Of a stretch of 64,000 nucleotides of DNA, positions 1 through 9,359 are shown piece after piece. This stretch comes from Candidatus Poribacteria bacterium (GTDB lineage Bacteria > Poribacteria > WGA-4E > JAJDTR01), in assembly GCA_965222225.1 (NCBI GenBank), contig CBDCTK010000002.1:3520001-3584000 (forward strand), read 5' to 3'. A program made the position numbers and the translations under genes. Positions within the stretch are counted from its first letter, which is position 1, and each line of letters opens with the position of its first letter. The notes under the pieces were generated by a model. That model was not told the DNA's origin. It did not search any database and saw only the letters and a list, made by a program, of their open reading frames with translations.

Positions 1-840
1 GCTCTGCCCGTTCAGGTAGAGATAAAGGTTATTGAAAGCGGTGGAGCCGCGTATCAAACCGCAACGACGACTGTCAAGTTGCATGGGAATCATACCACAC
101 TTCTAGATGATGTCGCGAAGCTCGGCTCTTTTGTTATATCTGAAGATCCAACAGTGGAGGCCTTCACTGAGGCGGTTTTCGCCGAGTTCGCGCAGGGGAT
201 TGATGATATCAAGCAAACTGGTACACCAGCCGGGTTGTATAGGGCGATGCTCTTGTTTAACGCCTTGCATGGAATCTCGTACAAAACTGATCCGAACATA
301 CCGTTTGCCAGCGGCACAAATGATGACATCAAGTATCCTCACGAAATGCTGACGCGTCTAACGGAGCAAATTTCGGGTGACGGCAAATCGAGTGCTTTTG
401 GGGACTGCGATGACAGTACGGCGTTGTATTGCTCATTGCTGGAGTCGGTAGGCATAAAAACCGCCCTAATCCAGCTCCCCAGCCATGTTATGATGGCATT
501 TAAGTTGGGGCAAATTTCCATCGATCAGGCACAACAGGTGAACTTACCGTATTACGCCCCAATCAATGGGCAAGTCTGGATTCCCGTTGAGACGACTCTC
601 ATTAAAGACGGCTTCGTTGCCGCATGGAAGGCAGGGTATGAGGAAATTCAAGGAACAGGAGTTGGCAATTCAACCACAACGGTTGAAGAAGCCTGGGAAA
701 AATACGGAATTAGCCCGATTCGCGGTTCCAAACAGTTCTTCTCTGTCCCCAAAGACCTGACGTTGGAAAAGATTCAGGCGGATTTAGCTAGCCCTTGGTT
801 ACAGGAATTCTTGAAGGCGTATCTTAATTTTGATAAGTGA
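1..840 (+). CDS. Transglutaminase-like (Cys protease fold) domain protein, 5'-truncated by window
   Basis: Frame 1 open from base 1; GDCDD (Cys), SHVMMAF (His), WIPVET (acidic) triad-like motifs. Confidence 0.7.
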   Translation, partial: ALPVQVEIKVIESGGAAYQTATTTVKLHGNHTTLLDDVAKLGSFVISEDPTVEAFTEAVFAEFAQGIDDIKQTGTPAGLYRAMLLFNALHGISYKTDPNIPFASGTNDDIKYPHEMLTRLTEQISGDGKSSAFGDCDDSTALYCSLLESVGIKTALIQLPSHVMMAFKLGQISIDQAQQVNLPYYAPINGQVWIPVETTLIKDGFVAAWKAGYEEIQGTGVGNSTTTVEEAWEKYGISPIRGSKQFFSVPKDLTLEKIQADLASPWLQEFLKAYLNFDK

Positions 841-872
841 TGACAATCACGACCAATTAGGAGATAATCACA

Positions 873-1775
873 ATGAAAACCAAATGTCGTATCTTTTTAG
901 TTTGTTTGATGTGCGTGGTGTTGTCCAATTTTCCGTGTACTGCCGATGAAATAACAACCGCCTTCACTTTCGGCAGAATTGAAGTCCTGACCTTTGGAGA
1001 GGAGGAGTGGGCGTTCTTGGAAAAAGGATTTGTGTTGATGGAGAAAGACCTTGTGCGGATGCCGCCAGATTCGCTCATCCGACTTCAATCGAAGGATGGT
1101 CTATTGCCCACATTGCCGGGTGGACGTGAGCTTTCAGTCGGCGATCTTGTTGTCGAGGGAAAGCGACTAAAGACAATGCCGAGAGCAAAGCGTATCAATC
1201 ACGGCATTGAACATAGTCCCTTGAGCGATGTACTGCCAGTTGGTCGTCCAACTGAAAGAGTCCACCAGATGACTACAAGCGCCAAAACGCGCGCGGTGGC
1301 AGTTTCCAATGATGAATTAAGTGCACTGAGGATGGAAATTGATGCGTTTCCTGATGAAATTGCTCGGTTAATCCCTGAGTTAGAAACATACTTAAATATT
1401 CCGGCTAACGAAAAGGACAATCGCATGGAAAAGCGCTATCCCTATCCGGCATTGGATCTGGCTCAGAAGTTGTACAATTCTCTCAGAGGTCTTGGAGTAG
1501 ATGTCCTTGCGGATCACAACCCAACGCTGTTGTACGTTCAATTGCTCCGTCGTTGCGGTATCGCAGCCGATCTGATTGTGGATAACAGCGGAAAATTACT
1601 CGGTGTGTTCGATAGTGGTATACTGCTCACTTCGGGAAAAAGGGTTGCAGCAAATCGGACACTTATTCAAGAAATAGGCCTGGCGGATACCGTCTGGATC
1701 TCAGTTGACGTGCAACCCCACAAACAGAATTTTACCACTGCGTGGTACGAAGGCAGTGAACAGATTGGCAATTGA
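873..1775 (+). CDS. Exported protein with FecR-like N-terminus and degenerate transglutaminase-like C-terminus
   Basis: RBS AGGAG; signal peptide; W..L..G..L...D.VR pattern; C-terminus resembles the upstream ORF but lacks Cys and His. Confidence 0.55.
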   Translation: MKTKCRIFLVCLMCVVLSNFPCTADEITTAFTFGRIEVLTFGEEEWAFLEKGFVLMEKDLVRMPPDSLIRLQSKDGLLPTLPGGRELSVGDLVVEGKRLKTMPRAKRINHGIEHSPLSDVLPVGRPTERVHQMTTSAKTRAVAVSNDELSALRMEIDAFPDEIARLIPELETYLNIPANEKDNRMEKRYPYPALDLAQKLYNSLRGLGVDVLADHNPTLLYVQLLRRCGIAADLIVDNSGKLLGVFDSGILLTSGKRVAANRTLIQEIGLADTVWISVDVQPHKQNFTTAWYEGSEQIGN

Positions 1776-1808
1776 CGGTTGTCGCGTGTCTATTCCAATG
1801 TGTCTACC

Positions 1809-3794
1809 ATGAAACTAAGCCAGGTTCAAAGGACACATTTACTCATCTGCCTTGTTGGTTTCTTGCCCTTTATTGTGGTAGGACTCTTGTGGAGTCTCGG
1901 CCTATTCGAGTTCATAGAGTTAAAAACACTTGATTGGCGTTTGCACCTTCGATCTGCTCAATCGGCACAGGTATCGCCCGACATTTCACTCATTACAATC
2001 GATACCAAGAGCGAGGAAGAGTTTGGTATCGTGTTTCCTTGGCCCTCCTATCTTTATTCCTCTCTTCTGTCATCTCTTCAGAAAGCGAACCCAAAGGCAA
2101 TAGGTTTGATCATGCTTTTCCAACGTGAATGGGGAGGCAACAAGGTCTTACCGGGCGACAAGTTGTTTGTGATTCGACCGTATGACTCGCCTACCGATGT
2201 CGAAAATCGCCGCGCTATTCCCACGATAACGCACTGGACGGAAGTCCCTGAATACCTAGAAACTGCACAGAAGAGTTTCAGTTTTTTCCCGTTCGATCGG
2301 TCTGACGGGATTAGTCGATCTGCCCAGTTGGTCGTTAAAGACGAGGAAGATGCATACCACTACTCGCTTGAAATGTTACTTTTCTGCCAAACCCATGGGA
2401 TTTCTCCAGATTCTATTAAAGTTCGAGAACAGTTTTGGCACGGCAACTACCTAGAATTCCCTTTAGTAGATGGTAAATCAACGCGTATTCCACTAGATCC
2501 GCAGGGAAGATTCTTCGTTCGCATTGTCGGTGGCCTTTCCCCAGTTCGTAGCGGTATGCCACTGTGGAATACAACTTCATACATTAACGTACTGAATCAA
2601 TTTGAGAATAGCCGTGCAGAATTCAACCGGAATTTCAGGGAAAAATGCGTCCTCATCGGTGTAACGACGGACGCAGCACCCGAAATACCAACGTCATTTG
2701 GGAAACAGTCGGCGCTCGCTTTGCGCGCTAATCTCCTAAATGCCTTGTTCAATCAAGATTTCATTTGGCGCTCCACTCCCGGAGTTGCGTTCATCTATTT
2801 TCTCATTCTCGCACTTGTTTCGACATCGGCTGCGTTGGCTATTAACCAGACAGGACATGGTTCCCGCGCGATGATATTGACTGCAGGCGGGCTGCTAGTT
2901 CTGCATTTGCTTGTCGTTGTCTGCGGTTTTGTCTTTTTCAACTTTTGGCTGGAGACAATAGCATTTAGCTTAGCAATCATTTCCGCCGGCATTGTGAACA
3001 GCTTGTTTTTAGCCCATCTACGTCTCCGGCACGCGGTGTTACAACTGCGGGAAACCCAGGATCAGCTAGTTCAGTCTGAGAAAGAAGCGGTGTTTGGCGT
3101 GATGTCGGCACAAGTCCGGCACGAACTACGAAACTCGCTCAACCTGATTCGTGCACCGGCAGAAATGATTCGCAATAACTTTCAACGTGGAGACGTGCTG
3201 AATTTGCGGGCTCGCCCCAACGAGATTATTGATGAGATGAATACCATAATTGATACGGCGGCAACACTTGATGACATGATTGAAAATGAGTTGAGTTTTT
3301 TTCAAGATACACACTTGAATTTTGAAACTCATGATTTAAAGACAATCATACTATCTGCCCGCGACATGAACCAACCGTTTATTGATGAAAACCAGATTCG
3401 AGTAAATCTGAATTTACCTTTACCGGTGAAAATACCTTCCGTACGCCTCGACGCCGATAAGATGCGGATTGCCTTCGCTAACTTGATAAAAAACGCTTGT
3501 CAAGCCATGCCGGAAGGTGGAGAATTAGACATTGCCGTCAAATTCGGCACCGAATTTAATCTGCCCGCAGGGCGGCGAGATAGACTTCTTGTTTCTTTTG
3601 AAGATAAAGGTACAGGGATTCCGGAAGGAGAACTCCAGCGTATTTTTGAGCCGTTTCACACCACCAAACCTCGCGGATTGGGGCTTGGCTTGGTTAATGT
3701 TAAGAACATCGTTGAGGGACACGGCGGGCGTGTGTATGCTAAGAGTGATGTTGGCATTGGAACAACATTTTGCATCGAACTTCCCCTCCATTAG
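1809..3794 (+). CDS. CHASE2-domain sensor histidine kinase
   Basis: ELKTLDWR, ITIDTKS, FPWP, VLIG CHASE2 motifs; 3 TM helices; H-box HELRNSL; N-box NLIKNACQAM; G boxes DKGTGI and GLGLGL. Confidence 0.9.
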   Translation: MKLSQVQRTHLLICLVGFLPFIVVGLLWSLGLFEFIELKTLDWRLHLRSAQSAQVSPDISLITIDTKSEEEFGIVFPWPSYLYSSLLSSLQKANPKAIGLIMLFQREWGGNKVLPGDKLFVIRPYDSPTDVENRRAIPTITHWTEVPEYLETAQKSFSFFPFDRSDGISRSAQLVVKDEEDAYHYSLEMLLFCQTHGISPDSIKVREQFWHGNYLEFPLVDGKSTRIPLDPQGRFFVRIVGGLSPVRSGMPLWNTTSYINVLNQFENSRAEFNRNFREKCVLIGVTTDAAPEIPTSFGKQSALALRANLLNALFNQDFIWRSTPGVAFIYFLILALVSTSAALAINQTGHGSRAMILTAGGLLVLHLLVVVCGFVFFNFWLETIAFSLAIISAGIVNSLFLAHLRLRHAVLQLRETQDQLVQSEKEAVFGVMSAQVRHELRNSLNLIRAPAEMIRNNFQRGDVLNLRARPNEIIDEMNTIIDTAATLDDMIENELSFFQDTHLNFETHDLKTIILSARDMNQPFIDENQIRVNLNLPLPVKIPSVRLDADKMRIAFANLIKNACQAMPEGGELDIAVKFGTEFNLPAGRRDRLLVSFEDKGTGIPEGELQRIFEPFHTTKPRGLGLGLVNVKNIVEGHGGRVYAKSDVGIGTTFCIELPLH

Positions 3795-3849
3795 ACATTG
3801 AGCACAAGGGGTTTCAGATTTTGTGCCGCAGGCATGACAGACCACTTTC

Positions 3850-5298
3850 ATGATGAAAATGAATCGAGCGCGCATTCTAATTGCAGATGACGAGAAAGCG
3901 ATTTGTCGCTATATCAGTCAACAACTTGAAATTGAGCCAACGGTTGAAGCCGACATAGACTTCGCCCATGATCGAGATTGGGCGATTCAAATGTTGGATA
4001 CACAAGCCCCGTATGACTTGTTGTTACTCGATCTCTGGATGCCAGATGCTCATGGAGTGCTGGATAAGGAGGCAGGACTAAAGATTCTTAAGCACAGTAA
4101 ACATGAATCACAAATATCTCAGGCCATTATGATTACGGCAAATAGTTCCTCCAAGACCGCGCTTGAGGCGAGTGGATTAGGAGTTTATGATTATATTAGC
4201 AAACCAATCGACTATACCCATCTCACAAATGTGGTCAAGACGGCTTTGATGCGGCGCTCTAGTGAAAAGTCTCATCAAGACTCTGATACAACTGTTTCAC
4301 CCGCCGATAAGTTGCCCGATTATGAAATCATCGGTAACAGTGATGTAATGATTGATGTGATGAAAAAAGTTGGGCGGATTGCTGCTTCCGATGTGGACGT
4401 GTTGATTTGCGGTGAGAGCGGCACAGGCAAGGAACTTGTCGCACGTGCTATACACAAGTACAGCGATCGACGGAAGGGACCTTTCATAGATGTCAATTGT
4501 AGTGCAATTCCATCAGAGTTGATTGAGGCGGAATTGTTCGGAATCGGAAAACGGGTAGCGACGGCCGTCGATCAGCGACCGGGAAAATTCCTGCAGGCAC
4601 GTGGGGGTACGATTTTCCTTGACGAGATAGGCGATCTAAGTCTCGCTATGCAGCCTAAACTGCTTCGCGTACTTGATTCCAAGGAGGTGCAAGGGGTTGG
4701 TCTTCATCCTCAACATGTTGATGTCCGCATAATCGCTGCCACGAATCGCGACTTGGAATCAGCCGTCAAAGCGGGTGAATTTCGCAGCGACCTCTATTAC
4801 CGTCTGAAACTCACAATCCCTCTTCCGCCGCTGTGCGAACGGATAGAAGATATTTCCATACTTGCCAACCACTTCCTTCAGAAACATGCGCGTACCCTGG
4901 ATCAGAAGCGCATTCGTGGTTTTGAGGAGGGTGTCCTGACAAGGTTCGAACAATACCGTTGGCCGGGAAATATCCGCGAACTAGAGAAAGCGGTTGAATT
5001 CGCAGTTGTAACGTGCACGGATACTCTCATCTCCCCGAAAGATTTGCCTGCCGAAATCTTTGATGGAAGCAACAGTGCAAAAATGCCGACTGTTGATAGC
5101 AACCCATTGGATGCTAACCTTCGTGGCTTACTTGATGCTCCGACAATTAAAGAGGCCTCCCAAGACTTTGAGCGAATCTTTCTTGAGCATAAACTCCAGC
5201 AGAATAATTGGAACATCCAAGAAACAGCCAGACAAATTGGGATTAAGCGACAGTCGCTCCACCGAAAACTTAAGGAACTCGGGTTGCATCGAACTTAA
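3850..5298 (+). CDS. NtrC-family sigma54-dependent response regulator (REC-AAA-HTH)
   Basis: ADDE...DLWMP receiver; GESGTGKELVA; FLDEIG; WPGNIRELE; Fis-type HTH; GAFTGA replaced by RVATAV. Confidence 0.92.
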   Translation: MMKMNRARILIADDEKAICRYISQQLEIEPTVEADIDFAHDRDWAIQMLDTQAPYDLLLLDLWMPDAHGVLDKEAGLKILKHSKHESQISQAIMITANSSSKTALEASGLGVYDYISKPIDYTHLTNVVKTALMRRSSEKSHQDSDTTVSPADKLPDYEIIGNSDVMIDVMKKVGRIAASDVDVLICGESGTGKELVARAIHKYSDRRKGPFIDVNCSAIPSELIEAELFGIGKRVATAVDQRPGKFLQARGGTIFLDEIGDLSLAMQPKLLRVLDSKEVQGVGLHPQHVDVRIIAATNRDLESAVKAGEFRSDLYYRLKLTIPLPPLCERIEDISILANHFLQKHARTLDQKRIRGFEEGVLTRFEQYRWPGNIRELEKAVEFAVVTCTDTLISPKDLPAEIFDGSNSAKMPTVDSNPLDANLRGLLDAPTIKEASQDFERIFLEHKLQQNNWNIQETARQIGIKRQSLHRKLKELGLHRT

Positions 5299-5341
5299 GC
5301 AACTGAGGCACCATTTGGACACATTAATACGTCAAATGCAA

Positions 5342-5354
5342 GTGACAGTGTCAC
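5342..5354. promoter_or_regulatory. Palindrome GTGACAGTGTCAC, candidate enhancer (UAS) for the NtrC-type activator
   Basis: 13-bp inverted repeat about 240 bp upstream of the -24/-12 element; related GTGACGCTGTCG at 5398-5409. Confidence 0.4.
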
Positions 5355-5588
5355 ATCCAAGCGACAGGTTTTTGAGTCTTATCTGTGATATCAAATAGTG
5401 ACGCTGTCGGAGTGATTTCACCGACAACTCGACTTCCCTCCAAAAAACTCTGGAACTCCGTCCTTAGCAGCAGAAATGTTAAGTTAGCTCGTGGGCGCAC
5501 GCAATTTATCTCATTTCGCTTGTCTGTTTCCGCAAGTTTCTTCTATATTCCCTGCCCTCCAAGTAATTCCGTTTCCAAGGTTTTTGCC

Positions 5589-5603
5589 TGGCATATATCT
5601 TGC
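5589..5603 (+). promoter_or_regulatory. sigma54 (-24/-12) promoter
   Basis: TGGCATATATCTTGC = GG-N10-GC consensus, about 60 bp upstream of the sigma factor ATG. Confidence 0.75.
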
Positions 5604-5665
5604 CCCTATAAATCTTACAAGATACAGAATCGTAAAGGGTAAGATCCGGCTGTTCGGAGAAGAAT

Positions 5666-6856
5666 ATGGTTCCCACTAAGAAAGACACCAATTCTAGCCA
5701 AACAACTCATCAAACGCCAACAGGTGATTCTTGGGCACCCGAATTTCGCGGTGTTCCGACAGAAACGGGAATATTTTCCCCGATTGAGCGGTTGCCAAGC
5801 CCTGCAAATGCGTTGGAGGTTGAACCATCCAAATCATCATATCCAGATAGGGAAAACGGCACTCTTGGCACTTACCTAAACCAGATTGGCAATATCCATC
5901 GCTTAACACCGGAAGAGGAAACCAGTGCCTTTATCAAGATTGAGAAGTCTCAGAAGCGGATAGAAGAAGATTATTACGAATTAGGAATACACGTCCCCCA
6001 TATCGACCCAGAAAATCCGCCTCTTTTGGACACATTGAAACGACAGATTAGCGATGCTCGTCTTTCATCTCTTGACCGGTCGTATCTTCTTAATCTTGCC
6101 CAGCACATCCAATTCATAGAGGATGAGATTCACACCACCAAGAATCGCATCGTTGAGGCGAATCTGCGTTTGGCTGTTTGTATTGCAAAAAAATACCGAG
6201 AGCGCGGACTGGAACTGCCAGACCTGATTCAACAGGCTAATATAGGGTTAATCAATGCGGTCAATCGCTTTGATTGGCGAAGGAACGTTAAATTCAGCGC
6301 CTACGCTTCTTGGTGGATCCAGCAAGCAATCGGGTGTGGCATTGCCAATCATGGCCGAACAATCCGCATTCCTGCCCATCTCCTTGAAACGTGTCGAAAG
6401 GTAGAACGTTCAAGATGTAATCTTCAACAGCAGCAAGCTAAGGAACCAAGTCTAGCACAACTCAGTGAGACAACAGGCTTGCCTATCGAAAAAATCACAC
6501 TGTTGCCTCAGCTAACCGCCCAAGTGATTTCGTTAGAGGCATGCATTGATGGCGAATCATCTACCGCTATTGAAAACACTCTCTCATGTGAGCATACGCC
6601 GAATCCACTTTCAGAAATTGTTCGTAAGGAGCTTATCGACGAGGTCCGAAAAGCCCTTGCAGGGTTGCCTTCACGCGATAAACAGATTGCGGAACTTAGA
6701 TATGGGCTAGAGGACGGGTACGAATACAGTTTGCAGGAAATAGGGAGCCTTCTAGGCCTTTCGAGAGAACGGATTCGACAACTAGAAGCACGTGCGCTGA
6801 ATTGTCTAAGTCACCCTACCCAGAGTACGAAACTCCGCGAGTTTCTTGATGCTTAA
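5666..6856 (+). CDS. RNA polymerase sigma70 factor, RpoD/RpoS-like alternative (no region 1.1)
   Basis: YLNQIG..LT.EEE (region 1.2); NLRLAVCIAKKY..RGL...DLIQ; WWIQQAI; RTIRIP; SRERIRQLE. Confidence 0.9.
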   Translation: MVPTKKDTNSSQTTHQTPTGDSWAPEFRGVPTETGIFSPIERLPSPANALEVEPSKSSYPDRENGTLGTYLNQIGNIHRLTPEEETSAFIKIEKSQKRIEEDYYELGIHVPHIDPENPPLLDTLKRQISDARLSSLDRSYLLNLAQHIQFIEDEIHTTKNRIVEANLRLAVCIAKKYRERGLELPDLIQQANIGLINAVNRFDWRRNVKFSAYASWWIQQAIGCGIANHGRTIRIPAHLLETCRKVERSRCNLQQQQAKEPSLAQLSETTGLPIEKITLLPQLTAQVISLEACIDGESSTAIENTLSCEHTPNPLSEIVRKELIDEVRKALAGLPSRDKQIAELRYGLEDGYEYSLQEIGSLLGLSRERIRQLEARALNCLSHPTQSTKLREFLDA

Positions 6857-7023
6857 CACCAAGATGTATACACGCTTGAAAACATGAAGGAGGAGCCCGA
6901 AAACCCGAAATTGGTCACACTAGCACATTGTCGGTACCAAATGGGACTTGATGTCGTCTGAGTTCAGTCTTTCAACAATCTTTCAAGTTGGCCACACACT
7001 CTCCAGGCCGTCGAGTTTTTTCA

Positions 7024-7052
7024 TTGACAAAGTCGGTTTGTTTTGATATACT
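7024..7052 (+). promoter_or_regulatory. sigma70 promoter of tRNA operon
   Basis: TTGACA-17 bp-TATACT just upstream of tRNA-Gly. Confidence 0.8.
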
Positions 7053-7063
7053 GTAGTTTGCCT

Positions 7064-7138
7064 GCGGGAGTAGCTCAGTGGTAGAGCTCTACCTTGCCAA
7101 GGTAGAGGTCGCGGGTTCAAGTCCCGTCTCCCGCTCCA
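7064..7138 (+). tRNA. tRNA-Gly(GCC)
   Basis: Cloverleaf; anticodon loop TTGCCAA; GGTTCAA T-loop; encoded CCA. Confidence 0.97.
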
Positions 7139-7142
7139 AAGT

Positions 7143-7214
7143 GGCGGCGTAGCCAAGTGGTACGGCGAAAGTCTGCAAAACTTTTATACGTCGGTTCGAT
7201 TCCGACCGCCGCCT
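7143..7214 (+). tRNA. tRNA-Cys(GCA)
   Basis: GGCGGCG/CGCCGCC acceptor stem; loop CTGCAAA; U73 discriminator. Confidence 0.95.
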
Positions 7215-7229
7215 TCATTTTTCAAATAA

Positions 7230-7303
7230 GGGCGGTTAGCTCAGTTGGTTAGAGTACTTGCTCGACACGCAAGGGGTCGTAGGTTCAAATCCTATACCGC
7301 CCA
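7230..7303 (+). tRNA. tRNA-Val(GAC)
   Basis: GGGCGGT/ACCGCCC acceptor stem; anticodon stem CTTGC/GCAAG with loop TCGACAC. Confidence 0.93.
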
Positions 7304-7318
7304 TTATCCAGAATATAA

Positions 7319-7344
7319 TTTTCATCTAAGGTTTTCATCTAAGG
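7319..7344. repeat. 13-bp tandem duplication TTTTCATCTAAGG x2
   Basis: Exact direct repeat downstream of the tRNA cluster. Confidence 0.8.
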
Positions 7345-7363
7345 GCCGAAAGGCTCTTTTTTT
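7342..7363 (+). terminator. Rho-independent terminator of tRNA operon
   Basis: AGGGCC-GAAA-GGCTCT hairpin followed by a T tract. Confidence 0.7.
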
Positions 7364-7460
7364 ATGAGGTAAATTTGGGAAAGGCATACCCATTGAACTG
7401 GTAAGTCTTCCGTGCTCAACAACCGGATTCAATTGACGAACTGGTTCGACACTCCGATGA

Positions 7461-9290
7461 ATGGTGAAAATCATGTCAGATTCGGAAAAAGATTGGTTAT
7501 ACAAGATCAGGCATAGCGTCGCTCATGTGATGGCGCAAGCCGTCTTGGAGCGCTATCCGGATGCCAAACTGGCTATCGGCCCACCGATTGATGATGGTTT
7601 TTATTACGATTTCGATCTGGGGGTTGAGGAAGATGGCAAACCTAGTTCCTTCTCGTCGGATGACCTTGAAGCAATTGAGAAGCGAATGCGGCAGATTGTG
7701 ATAGGCAAACATGAGTTCAATTATCGGGAAATCAGCCCTGATGCAGCTCGCGAGTTGTTCAAGAATCAACCGTATAAGCTAGAACTGATTGAGGGACTCA
7801 TCGAAGGTGGAGCGGACGAATACGGAAGCGAAGTGGATGAAACGCCGACTTTAAGCACTTATCGCCACGATACGTTTGAAGACCTCTGCCGAGGACCGCA
7901 TGTCGCCGATACACGTGAAATTCGACCCGATGCATTTAAGTTGCTCAGCGTCGCCGGTGCATATTGGCGGGGCGATGAAAACAACGCGATGCTTCAGAGA
8001 ATCTACGGTACCGCATGGAACACAAAAGCGGAATTGAAGCAGCACCTTCAAATGCTTGAAGAGGCGAAAAAAAGAGATCATCGTAGGCTTGGTAAAGATC
8101 TGGAAATTTTCATCTTTGATGAAGACGTTGGTCCCGGCTTGCCATTATGGCTGCCTAACGGTGGAATCATAATCGAAGAGTTGGAAAAACTCGCCAAAGA
8201 GATGGAAGACAAACGCGGTTACGACCGCGTACGGACACCCCATCTTGCCAAAGACGCGCTCTTTCAACGCACCGGGCATCTGGCACACTATACCGACAGT
8301 ATGTATCCCCCGATGGAAATGGAAGGTGTGCGTTACTACATGAAGCCAATGAACTGCCCTTTCCATCATAAGATTTTTGATAGTAAAATCCGAAGTTACC
8401 GCGAATTACCACTACGCCTAGCCGAATACGGTACCTGTTATCGTTTTGAAAAGAGTGGTGAGCTTTTTGGTCTAATGCGGGTACGCTCCATGCAAATGAA
8501 CGACGCGCATATCTACTGCTCCGAGGAACAGTTTGAAGACGAGTTTATGGGGGTGGTAGCCCTTTACCAAGAGTATTTTCGAATCTTCGGTATCGAAAAA
8601 TATGTAATGCAATTCAGCACACATCACAAGAGCGGACTGGGCAAGAAATACGTTGATGATGAACCGCTATGGCAGAAAACCGAAGAGATGGTTCGCCGAA
8701 CAATGAAGAATGGCGGTATTCCCTACGTTGAAGTGCATGATGAAGCGGCATTCTACGGTCCCAAGATAGATGTGCAGATTTGGAGCGCCATAGGGCGTGA
8801 GTTTACGCTTGCGACGAATCAGGTTGATTTTGCACAACCGGCGCGATGTAATCTAAGTTTTATCAACCGACAAGGAGACGCCGAAATTCCAATATGTCTA
8901 CATCGCGCGCCTCTCAGTACACATGAGCGCATGATTGGTTTTCTGATTGAACATTACGCTGGCAAGTTTCCCGTCTGGCTGGCGCCCGAACATGCGCGCG
9001 TCATACCCATCGGTGACAGCCACAACGAATATGCTGAGCGAATTGTTCAAGAATTGAAATCGGCGAACCTCCGGGTATCTGCAGACCTCAGCAACGAACG
9101 CATGAATGCGAAAATCCGTCAAGCTCAGTTGATGCAGGTTCCATACATGCTTGTTGTTGGAGACAGGGAGATGGAGAACAATAGTGTCTCCATGCGAAAA
9201 CGAGATGGTACTCGCGAGAACGGTGTACCCACAGAACAGTTTGTCACTTCAGTCCGAGATCGGATTGCGTCGCGATCTGCGGAGCTTTAA
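7461..9290 (+). CDS. thrS: Threonine--tRNA ligase
   Basis: RHSVAHVMAQAV, DLCRGPHV, RDHRRLG, KPMNCP, GLMRVR, AFYGPKID, HRA. Confidence 0.97.
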   Translation: MVKIMSDSEKDWLYKIRHSVAHVMAQAVLERYPDAKLAIGPPIDDGFYYDFDLGVEEDGKPSSFSSDDLEAIEKRMRQIVIGKHEFNYREISPDAARELFKNQPYKLELIEGLIEGGADEYGSEVDETPTLSTYRHDTFEDLCRGPHVADTREIRPDAFKLLSVAGAYWRGDENNAMLQRIYGTAWNTKAELKQHLQMLEEAKKRDHRRLGKDLEIFIFDEDVGPGLPLWLPNGGIIIEELEKLAKEMEDKRGYDRVRTPHLAKDALFQRTGHLAHYTDSMYPPMEMEGVRYYMKPMNCPFHHKIFDSKIRSYRELPLRLAEYGTCYRFEKSGELFGLMRVRSMQMNDAHIYCSEEQFEDEFMGVVALYQEYFRIFGIEKYVMQFSTHHKSGLGKKYVDDEPLWQKTEEMVRRTMKNGGIPYVEVHDEAAFYGPKIDVQIWSAIGREFTLATNQVDFAQPARCNLSFINRQGDAEIPICLHRAPLSTHERMIGFLIEHYAGKFPVWLAPEHARVIPIGDSHNEYAERIVQELKSANLRVSADLSNERMNAKIRQAQLMQVPYMLVVGDREMENNSVSMRKRDGTRENGVPTEQFVTSVRDRIASRSAEL

Positions 9291-9359
9291 AAATCAGGGA
9301 AGTCCCGTTTGAACACGTTGCTTGTCTTCGTCGTCCCAAAAAAAATTTGGTAACAGACC

